From the NCBI GenBank assembly GCA_044240045.1, contig JBIIAC010000001.1, positions 8,536 to 72,535 on the forward strand: a stretch of DNA of 64,000 bases, in the 5' to 3' direction. The DNA comes from Ilumatobacteraceae bacterium. Its GTDB lineage: Bacteria > Actinomycetota > Acidimicrobiia > Acidimicrobiales > Ilumatobacteraceae. Position numbers and translations under genes: made by a program. Every line of letters starts with the position of its first letter. Position 1 is the stretch's first letter. Of this stretch, positions 32,326 through 39,730 are shown piece by piece. The notes under the pieces were generated by a model, which had not been told where the DNA came from, searched no databases, and saw only the letters and a program-made list of their open reading frames with translations.

Positions 32326-33369
32326 ATGATCGACGCGGAGCGCATTGTTCGCCTTGCGTGGGCAGATTACGGCGATGCTCGAACAATTGATGAGATCGTA
32401 GAAGTCAGTGCACATGTTTCCACAAACCACGTCTTTCGATTGTATCTCCACGATGGTTCACACGTCGTCGGAAAAGTCTCGTCTTACGGTTCGTATTTCT
32501 TGTTTGCCGAAGACCATGACCGACTGTTCAAACTTGTGCAATCGCTGCAAGAGTCCCGATGGGCCGGATTTCTCGCGCAGGTATTGCCAAGAGACGGTAG
32601 AGCTTTTACATGGTACGACGGAACTTGCTGGGCAGCTTTTTACAGCGACGTAGAACGCGGCACACAACTACCGCGAATAATCACCCATGACGACATAGTT
32701 TTCCTCGCCCGAGAAATCGCATCGTTCCACAAGTCGTGTGCCGAGGCGTCGGTTCATTTGCCACCGACGTCCAATTCGGTGAAGGGCGATGCCATTCATT
32801 TGCTCGAACAACTCTCGAGCGAGTTTGCGCCTCGCAATTTTGATCTGCGCGAAAGTGATGTCGCCTATTTGCGAACATCGACCCATAATTTCTTGCAGCA
32901 TCTCGAGGACATTCATTTTGATGAATGGGACAAGATTCCCATTTTGGTTGATTGGAATCTTGGAAATTTCTCGGTTGCCCAAGATGAGGGTGCTGATAAA
33001 CGACTGTTCACCCGTTGGGACTATGACTGGTTTCGCATAGATACCCGCATGTTGGACTTCTACTTTCTCTCGAGAGCGGCATCTCACACCGGAGATAAAA
33101 CTCATTTCACGTACTCACCTCACACGCTGGTTGAGCCACGCTTTGTTGCCTTCTTGCAGGCCTACCACTCCGTGTATCCGCTCACGAGAGCTGAGATTGA
33201 ATTCCTGCCTTCTGCATATCAGTTCTTTATTTTAAATTATGTGATTAGAGAGGGTGCGAAGTTTTTCCGAGCAGATTTAAGTACACGATTCCGCAAAGAC
33301 GCAGTGCGCCTCTATCTACCTATGCTCGAACATCTCGACATTTCGCCGCTCTTGCAAATACTTGAATAA
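32326..33369 (+). CDS. Phosphotransferase of the APH/choline-kinase/CotS-like kinase fold
   Basis: Catalytic-loop-like ILVDWNLGNF (D and N conserved, canonical His absent) and the metal-binding segment WDYDWFRIDTRMLDFYF. Confidence 0.6.
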   Translation: MIDAERIVRLAWADYGDARTIDEIVEVSAHVSTNHVFRLYLHDGSHVVGKVSSYGSYFLFAEDHDRLFKLVQSLQESRWAGFLAQVLPRDGRAFTWYDGTCWAAFYSDVERGTQLPRIITHDDIVFLAREIASFHKSCAEASVHLPPTSNSVKGDAIHLLEQLSSEFAPRNFDLRESDVAYLRTSTHNFLQHLEDIHFDEWDKIPILVDWNLGNFSVAQDEGADKRLFTRWDYDWFRIDTRMLDFYFLSRAASHTGDKTHFTYSPHTLVEPRFVAFLQAYHSVYPLTRAEIEFLPSAYQFFILNYVIREGAKFFRADLSTRFRKDAVRLYLPMLEHLDISPLLQILE

Positions 33370-33373
33370 TTTT

Positions 33374-33895
33374 TTAGTCTGAGATCTTGCGGAGGCTAGT
33401 TCGAAATTTCTTCCCCTTTTCGACATAGATCATGGCTCCCAACTCGATATCGATTGAACGAGCACGCCCTTCCTTGATTGTTGCTGGACTTCCAACGGCT
33501 AACGCCCCGGGAGGAATGACGGTGTCATTGAGCACCACGGCATTCGCTGCAACAATCGCACCAGTACCTACGACTGCTCGATGCAAAACAATTGCGCCAG
33601 ATGAGACCTGCGCCGAATTGGCGATGGTGCACGATTCAAGGTGGACGATGTGGCCAATTACGCAGTCGTCGCCAACAATTGTTGGCTGATTGGGCATCGT
33701 GTGGATCACGGTGTTGTCCTGAATGCTTGTTCGCGCACCAATGATGATTTCACCATCGTCACCGCGCAATACAGCACCTGGCCATATCGTCGACTCTGCA
33801 CCGATTGTGACCGAACCAATGATCACTGCGTCGGGATGTACGAATGCACTTTCATGGATTACAGGTACCCGATCGCCGTATGCATAAATTGTCAT
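33374..33895 (-). CDS. Gamma-carbonic anhydrase / hexapeptide-repeat (YrdA/PaaY-like) protein
   Basis: Left-handed beta-helix hexapeptide repeats, including IWPGAVLRGDDGEIIIGARTSIQDNTVIH. Confidence 0.88.
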   Translation of the reverse strand: MTIYAYGDRVPVIHESAFVHPDAVIIGSVTIGAESTIWPGAVLRGDDGEIIIGARTSIQDNTVIHTMPNQPTIVGDDCVIGHIVHLESCTIANSAQVSSGAIVLHRAVVGTGAIVAANAVVLNDTVIPPGALAVGSPATIKEGRARSIDIELGAMIYVEKGKKFRTSLRKISD

Positions 33896-33963
33896 AATTT
33901 CTACCGTAGTTCCATAACGATCTCATTGGAGAACTAGGTCTTATGGCTGTACCGTAGAGCCCC

Positions 33964-35349
33964 ATGTCTCGCCGCCTCGACATAGAACTCACCAGCAATC
34001 GCCAAGATGGAACCTGGACGTGGCGCGCCGCTGGAGCAAAATCTCCAAAAGGTGTAGTGAGCGGTTCCTTGTTGTCAGCTAATGCAAAGACTGGTGATGT
34101 TCTTAAGGTCGAGGCCGATTTTGATATTGATGGAATATCGGTTCTGTCAATTGTTCAGATGCGCGAAAAAGGACAACGCGGAAATCTTTTGGAAATGCTT
34201 GCAAGTGAAAAGACATTCACACCTGTAACCCAAAAGCTCGCCGATAAACCTAAATCTGATCGCAAAGGCGGGCGCGATGCAAAAGGCAAGCGCGACGGCG
34301 ACAGTCGTCCTGCTCGCCCACCACGTGATCCGAATGCTCCTCGCCGTCCAGCATCAACTCGTCCTGACGGTACGACTGGTCGTCCCGCACGTCCGTCACG
34401 CCCACATTTCACTGCACCGCCAGAGATGCCAAAGCGTCCAACAGCCAAGCGTCTCAAGCCAAAGCACGTTCATCGCACCGCAGTTCTCGAGACATTGCCA
34501 GTTGAACAACGCGGCGTTGCAGAGCGCGCACTTGAGGGCGGCATTAAAGCGGTTCGCGATGCAGTCAAGATTCAGAATGATCAACTTCGCAAAGATGGAA
34601 AACCTGAGGTTCCATCCGACGGTTTGATTTCGATGGCGCAAAATCTATTGCCGAAGCTTCGTGTTGCCGATTGGCTAGACAAAGCTGAAGCCGCTAAGTC
34701 GGACTTGGCGACACTTGATCTTCGCGATCTGCGCTCGGTTGTCGTGGCTTCAGAAGACCCAATGGTGATGCGCGATGAAACTACTCGGGCGCTTGCCGCC
34801 GAGTTAAAGACTGCTCTCAAGGAGCGTCAAGACTCCGCACAGACTTTGTGGCTTTCTGACATTACTGACGCACTTAAAGTTGGACGCACGGTTCGTGCGC
34901 TGAAGATGACGAGTGAGCCGCCAAAAGCAGGTCAGCCGTTTCCTTCCGAATTGGGTGCCAAGCTTGCGCAAGCCGCAACTGCCGGTCTGACAACAGAGAC
35001 TGCTCCAGATCGTTGGATTGCGCTGTTAGAGGCACTCGCCTTCTCACCAATTCGCGGTCAAGTAAAACTGACAACACTTCCGCAACAGCCTTCAGACGCA
35101 CTGCTTGCCACAGTTAAGCGCCTTTCATCGTTGCTCCCCCAGATTGCGTCACTCTTTGGCATCGAGGTCTCCCCAGGTGTTTCTGCTCCACGCCCTCTGC
35201 GCCCAACACGTCCAGTGCGTGTGAAGCCTAAAACGACACCTGCAAAGCCTGCTGCAACTGATGCCGTAATTGCCACGCCAGAAACAATTGAGCCAGTAGT
35301 TGCTGAGCAAGTTGCTGCTGAGCCAGCTACAACGATTTCAGCTGAGTAA
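33964..35349 (+). CDS. Hypothetical protein with a small N-terminal domain, a Pro/Arg/Lys-rich disordered linker and a helical C-terminal region
   Basis: 461-aa ORF with coding-like composition and the low-complexity stretch KPKSDRKGGRDAKGKRDGDSRPARPPRDPNAPRRPASTRPDGTTGRPARPSRP. No recognisable catalytic motif. Confidence 0.6.
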   Translation: MSRRLDIELTSNRQDGTWTWRAAGAKSPKGVVSGSLLSANAKTGDVLKVEADFDIDGISVLSIVQMREKGQRGNLLEMLASEKTFTPVTQKLADKPKSDRKGGRDAKGKRDGDSRPARPPRDPNAPRRPASTRPDGTTGRPARPSRPHFTAPPEMPKRPTAKRLKPKHVHRTAVLETLPVEQRGVAERALEGGIKAVRDAVKIQNDQLRKDGKPEVPSDGLISMAQNLLPKLRVADWLDKAEAAKSDLATLDLRDLRSVVVASEDPMVMRDETTRALAAELKTALKERQDSAQTLWLSDITDALKVGRTVRALKMTSEPPKAGQPFPSELGAKLAQAATAGLTTETAPDRWIALLEALAFSPIRGQVKLTTLPQQPSDALLATVKRLSSLLPQIASLFGIEVSPGVSAPRPLRPTRPVRVKPKTTPAKPAATDAVIATPETIEPVVAEQVAAEPATTISAE

Positions 35350-35372
35350 GTCTGAATCCCTAGTATGTACAT

Positions 35373-36158
35373 ATGATAAACGTCGTCAAGTATGAAGTCC
35401 AAGGCAAAGTCGCACTCATCACCCTCAATCGTCCAGAAGCACGTAACGCAATAAACGGCGAAGTGGCTCAGGGTCTCGAGGCTGCCATAAACCAGATGGA
35501 AGAAGATCCAAACGTAAGTGTTGGGGTACTTCGGGCGAACACCACAGGTCAAGAGCGTCCAGTTTTTTGTGCGGGCGCAGATCTCAAGGCATTAAACGCT
35601 GGCCAAGGGGATTTGTTCAACACCGCACTCGGTGGTTTTGCCGGTTTCGTTTATCGTCAACGCAAAAAGCCGATCATTGCTGCGGTTGATGGTCTTGCAA
35701 CAGCTGGTGGTTGTGAAATTGTGCTCGCTGCAGACATGGTTGTTGCCACTACTCGTTCAGCTTTTGGACTTGCGGAAGTAATGCGGAATCTTATTGCGGG
35801 TGCGGGTGGCTTGTTTCGACTTCCACGTGCTATCGGTCAAGCAAATGCGATGGAAGTGATTCTCACAGGACAACCTTTGTCCGCAGAGCGTGCATATGAG
35901 CTTGGTCTGATCAATCGTTTGGTTGAGCCCGGCAAAGCTGAAGAATCTGCTTTCGAATTGGCATCACGAGTGTGTCTAGCCGGCCCACTCGCCGTGTGGG
36001 CATCGCGCAAGATAGTTCTTGCAGCCGCATACGAGAACGACGAAACGCTGATCAACATGACAAATGCTGAATTCGAAAGAGTATTGCCGTCAGAAGACAC
36101 CAAAGAGGGTCTTGTGGCATTTATCGAAAAGCGTCCACCTGTGTGGAAGGGTCGTTAA
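35373..36158 (+). CDS. Enoyl-CoA hydratase/isomerase (crotonase family)
   Basis: FCAGADLKA, AAVDGLATAGGCEIVLAADMVVA, and EGLVAFIEKRPPVW tail. Confidence 0.9.
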   Translation: MINVVKYEVQGKVALITLNRPEARNAINGEVAQGLEAAINQMEEDPNVSVGVLRANTTGQERPVFCAGADLKALNAGQGDLFNTALGGFAGFVYRQRKKPIIAAVDGLATAGGCEIVLAADMVVATTRSAFGLAEVMRNLIAGAGGLFRLPRAIGQANAMEVILTGQPLSAERAYELGLINRLVEPGKAEESAFELASRVCLAGPLAVWASRKIVLAAAYENDETLINMTNAEFERVLPSEDTKEGLVAFIEKRPPVWKGR

Positions 36159-36619
36159 AGAATTTTTGAAGCAATGAGTAAACGCGCTGGCATACCAACG
36201 CGCTCATAAAGATTCTTCATTTTTCGGTCTCCCGGCAGTGCAAGTGCGTCCAACGTCTTGCATCCTCGACTTTTCGCAATACGAGCAATCTCGGAAATCA
36301 ATCCAGCACCAATGCCAATTTGTCGTGCCATTTGGTCGACAAAGATGTGGTTGACAATACAAATCGTACTTTCGGGGATGATGTCCCCTTTTGCATAACC
36401 GACAATCTGACCTGATGCTTCTGCCACGAGTACGAGGCATGAGTCGCTAGCGACCGTAGAGGCCCAGTTCGGACCGACTAAAGGATTTGCTGCCAGCAGT
36501 GCTTCATGTCCCCTAAACGAGGCAATTTCTGTTCGTGCTTCGATCTCCAGAACATTCAGAGACGGCGCATCGGCCGCTGTTGCACTGCGAACAGTAAACA
36601 GCGGAGCTCTGTTTGTCAC
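36155..36619 (-). CDS. GNAT-family N-acetyltransferase
   Basis: Acetyl-CoA binding motif RQIGIGAGLISEI, 154 aa. Confidence 0.85.
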   Translation of the reverse strand: MTNRAPLFTVRSATAADAPSLNVLEIEARTEIASFRGHEALLAANPLVGPNWASTVASDSCLVLVAEASGQIVGYAKGDIIPESTICIVNHIFVDQMARQIGIGAGLISEIARIAKSRGCKTLDALALPGDRKMKNLYERVGMPARLLIASKIL

Positions 36620-36624
36620 AAAAT

Positions 36625-36891
36625 TTATTGCTCGTCTGGCTTGTCGGTCGAAGATGTGTTTTGAAACTCGTCAACCATTTTCTTAACGCGCTGGGTACCA
36701 ATCTTGACGGCCATCTCGCCGATCACTCGAGCATTACGAATCTCTTGATTGATCTTCGGCATTTCTTGTTGCTTTACTTCTTCAACTTTCTTTGCAACTT
36801 GCTCGATAAGTTCCGAATTGTGCTCCACCGCGTCGCGGGCAACGTCACGACCAAGATTCGCTATGCGCTTAATTACTTGAACAATGGACAT
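36625..36891 (-). CDS. Hypothetical small helical protein
   Basis: 88-aa ORF wedged between DUF4193 (19-nt overlap) and the GNAT gene (5-nt gap). Charged helical sequence. Confidence 0.5.
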   Translation of the reverse strand: MSIVQVIKRIANLGRDVARDAVEHNSELIEQVAKKVEEVKQQEMPKINQEIRNARVIGEMAVKIGTQRVKKMVDEFQNTSSTDKPDEQ

Positions 36892-37370
36892 GCATCATCC
36901 TCGACAGGACAACCAGGTGCACTATTACGAACGAGAAGGAAACACTGGGTGCACTGAGTTTCGTCTGGGCGGCGTGGCTGTAGTCGCTCCATACCGTCAG
37001 TTTTGTCATCGACGACGACTCCATCCTCTTCTTCGTCGTCAAGAGGTGTGTCGTCTGCGGCGGTGAGCTTTTCTTTTAAGATCGAATCAAGATCGGCTTC
37101 AACATCGTCTTCGGTGCGCAGATCGTCGTCGTCATCGTCGTCGTCACTGCCCTTCTTTGCAACAGTGTCTGTGGCAAGTGGAATTGCATCTGGGTCTTCG
37201 GACTCATCGATTACAGCAAGATCATCAGAGAGGTCGTCGGCAAGTCCGAATGCGTCGTCTTCACCCTCGAGGCCTATTGAATCGGCATCAAGTACTTCGG
37301 CATCTGGATCTACCTCGATCAGCATCGCTGGATCTAGGTCTTCTGCATCAATGATTTCGTCGTCTGACAT
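36873..37370 (-). CDS. DUF4193-family protein (acidic N-terminus, C-terminal Cys cluster)
   Basis: Asp/Glu-rich N-terminal two thirds, then ...RRPDETQCTQCFLLVRNSAPGCPVEDDACPLF, typical of actinobacterial DUF4193. Confidence 0.8.
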   Translation of the reverse strand: MSDDEIIDAEDLDPAMLIEVDPDAEVLDADSIGLEGEDDAFGLADDLSDDLAVIDESEDPDAIPLATDTVAKKGSDDDDDDDDLRTEDDVEADLDSILKEKLTAADDTPLDDEEEDGVVVDDKTDGMERLQPRRPDETQCTQCFLLVRNSAPGCPVEDDACPLFK

Positions 37371-37429
37371 TCAGTATCCCTTTCACTTGTCGCGCGAACA
37401 ATAGCCCAATTCACTACAAAAACTACGAA

Positions 37430-39031
37430 TTAGGTCTTTTGTCTCCTCGACTCAGATTTTCGCTCAGAATCGAGCCGCTCAAGATCTGGCGCAACCATCG
37501 TCATATGGGACATGGCAGCGGCAATGGCGGTGTGGCCGGCCCGCTGGCCAATCAAACGGTGCATTTCGAGGGCAACGCGTCGATATGCGGGATGACCCTG
37601 AGGGGCCGACCGTAGTTCGAGCATGTGCATTGCTTCACGAGCGTTGAATTGCATTGAATAACGGAGCCTGTAGGCCATGGAAACGGCATATGGCGCTTGC
37701 TCTGGATAATCGGGCAATAACGCGTCGTAGAGGGCTCCTGAACGAGCCATAGCCTCTTCGAACTGGTCTCCCACGCCTGCCTCTGCTACAAGTTCTGGCA
37801 TAACAAATCCATGGTGCGGAGTCAGACGCTGCCACTCGATGGTCAGTAGACGGTGCCGCTGTAAATCTCTAAACGCTCCGTAATCACCGAGCACATCAAA
37901 ACGATAATCAGTTCGTTCGAATGCTCGTCCAGGCCTGTGTCGTCGGTTCTCGCGATCGCCAACATATGCGGTGATGAGTTTCACCTTTTCAGTTTGATCA
38001 AGATTCTCTACACGCTTGAGCAATTGCGATTCAGGCAGATGCGAGTGTGAGTAACAGATTGCAGCGAGAAGCTTGTTCTCACCGTCAGGATCGAAATCAA
38101 CCAACACGACTTCGGCTACGGGTTCTGGTTCGAGTGCTCCGAACATGTGATCAACAAGCTGACTCGTGTTTTCTCGATTTTCGGCAAAGTAGGAACTCCA
38201 CCGACCACCGCGTTCGGGTATGTCAACGCGACGCAAGAAACTTGGAATCACTTTTCGAAGCTCGACGAGCATTAAGTCTGCATAGTGGCGAGCCTCTGGC
38301 AACGGATGCGCACGCATCCGAAGCAACATCGATTCGTACGATTGGCCTGTGCCATATACGCCGACGTTCGAGAGCGCTGAAGCAGGAAGTATTCCTCGCA
38401 CGGCATCAAGTGCTTTAGCACGAGTCGCCTGACGATAAACGAAATCAGAATCGTTTATCGAACGTGGGATTGTCGAACGGACATGATCGGTAACCGAAGT
38501 AACCAAACTGCTGTAGGTATCGAACATGCGATCCATGTCGCCGACATATCGCGTACCAAAAGGACCATTGAGAATCTCTGGATCCCGGAAATAGCGATAA
38601 CGTCCACCTAGTCGATTGTCGTAGTTGATGTAGCGCGTACTTTGTTCCAAGTAGCTCATCAACCGGCCCCACTCAAGAATCTTGGTCAAGATGTTGGATG
38701 CCTGCTCACAAGCCAGGTGAACGCCACCTAACTGCGCTACTGAGTCGTCACCATATTCAACAAAAATCTTTTCATATAAACCTTCTGCATGAGAGAGGCC
38801 CGCTCTCGCGTCTACGCCCTGATCGCCAGAGAGATCGAGGTCGTTCACGAATTCATCAAGAAACAATCGACGCAGGCTTTTTGAACTGCGACTGTAACGA
38901 GCAAACAATGCACCCTTGACAACCTCTGGAAGATTGACCAAAGCAAAAACTGGACCATCCAAATTCGTGAAGTAACGAACCAATGTCTCGGCTTCAGAAT
39001 CGGTAAATACCTCGGGGATGTAGACGCTCAC
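37430..39031 (-). CDS. thyX: FAD-dependent thymidylate synthase ThyX, double-length (tandem ThyX-like domains)
   Basis: The C-terminal half has LQRHRLLTIEW (RHR motif) and MLELRSAPQGHPAYRRVALEM. The N-terminal half has ALFARYSRS and LLRMRAHPLPEARHYADLMLVEL. At 533 aa it is twice the roughly 250 aa of canonical ThyX. Confidence 0.8.
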   Translation of the reverse strand: MSVYIPEVFTDSEAETLVRYFTNLDGPVFALVNLPEVVKGALFARYSRSSKSLRRLFLDEFVNDLDLSGDQGVDARAGLSHAEGLYEKIFVEYGDDSVAQLGGVHLACEQASNILTKILEWGRLMSYLEQSTRYINYDNRLGGRYRYFRDPEILNGPFGTRYVGDMDRMFDTYSSLVTSVTDHVRSTIPRSINDSDFVYRQATRAKALDAVRGILPASALSNVGVYGTGQSYESMLLRMRAHPLPEARHYADLMLVELRKVIPSFLRRVDIPERGGRWSSYFAENRENTSQLVDHMFGALEPEPVAEVVLVDFDPDGENKLLAAICYSHSHLPESQLLKRVENLDQTEKVKLITAYVGDRENRRHRPGRAFERTDYRFDVLGDYGAFRDLQRHRLLTIEWQRLTPHHGFVMPELVAEAGVGDQFEEAMARSGALYDALLPDYPEQAPYAVSMAYRLRYSMQFNAREAMHMLELRSAPQGHPAYRRVALEMHRLIGQRAGHTAIAAAMSHMTMVAPDLERLDSERKSESRRQKT

Positions 39032-39079
39032 GACGGGTAATCCTAGAAGTATTCACCCTCGCGGAACGGGATTGGGGGT

Positions 39080-39730
39080 TTAGAAGTAGAGAGTCATCGC
39101 GTCGGCAAGGACTTTGCATTGAAACCACACAACACCCCTATACGTGACGCCATCGGCGACGATTTTCGATGGACGACCCGACCACTGATATTCGCTTGAG
39201 CGGCTCACCTGCAAATGTGGGTGCGGGAGGTGTGATCCAGTTCTAGAACGACGCCAGGCAAGAGATCTTTGTCTGAGAGTGATTTTGGGTCCTATCTCGA
39301 GAACATCTAGATATCCGTCATTGGGATGTGCGCGAGGTAATACATCTCGTTCGCGAAAAATACCGCTATTCGAAAGAATCAACGAAATAGAGAACGCAGT
39401 GCGATGTTGCACCGCAAGTGTTCCCGCCACAATAAGACTGGACTTCGAATATCCAGTGGTGTCGGTGCTGTATTCGATCTGCATCAAGTCAATTTCCACA
39501 CGCGTCATCTGTTCATCGATTTGAGATCCTCGATTGAGCGCATCCGGATTGATGCCGGGGGTTTGGGTGATTCCAAGAGCCTGGGCGATGCTGCCATTTC
39601 TCACGGTGCAAGGCGTAGTTCTGTCGAGAGACGTAAAGCGCTGTGCTATATCAAGGTCGCTTTGCAGAACAACGAGATTGGATGGTCGCGAAGTTGAAGT
39701 GCCATATGCTCCGAACTTGCGTATCGTCAT
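39080..39730 (-). CDS. Hypothetical protein, C-terminal part resembling the NAD-kinase/diacylglycerol-kinase accessory beta-sandwich
   Basis: SNSGIFRERDVLPRAHPNDGYLDVLEI resembles the N..fGgg...P.A...DG.LDV motif of the DAGK/YegS family, but there is no GGDG catalytic motif. Its ATG overlaps the helY TGA. Confidence 0.5.
   Translation of the reverse strand: MTIRKFGAYGTSTSRPSNLVVLQSDLDIAQRFTSLDRTTPCTVRNGSIAQALGITQTPGINPDALNRGSQIDEQMTRVEIDLMQIEYSTDTTGYSKSSLIVAGTLAVQHRTAFSISLILSNSGIFRERDVLPRAHPNDGYLDVLEIGPKITLRQRSLAWRRSRTGSHLPHPHLQVSRSSEYQWSGRPSKIVADGVTYRGVVWFQCKVLADAMTLYF

Noticed and set aside
35058-35552. 164-aa minus-strand ORF bridging the end of the 461-aa orphan and the enoyl-CoA hydratase start
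   Set aside because: It overlaps two plus-strand genes, one of them motif-supported, and it crosses their intergenic spacer. It has no motifs.
37003-37404. 133-aa Ser-rich ORF on the plus strand
   Set aside because: It is the antisense reading of the Asp/Glu-rich codon runs of the DUF4193 gene, and so an artefact of low-complexity sequence.
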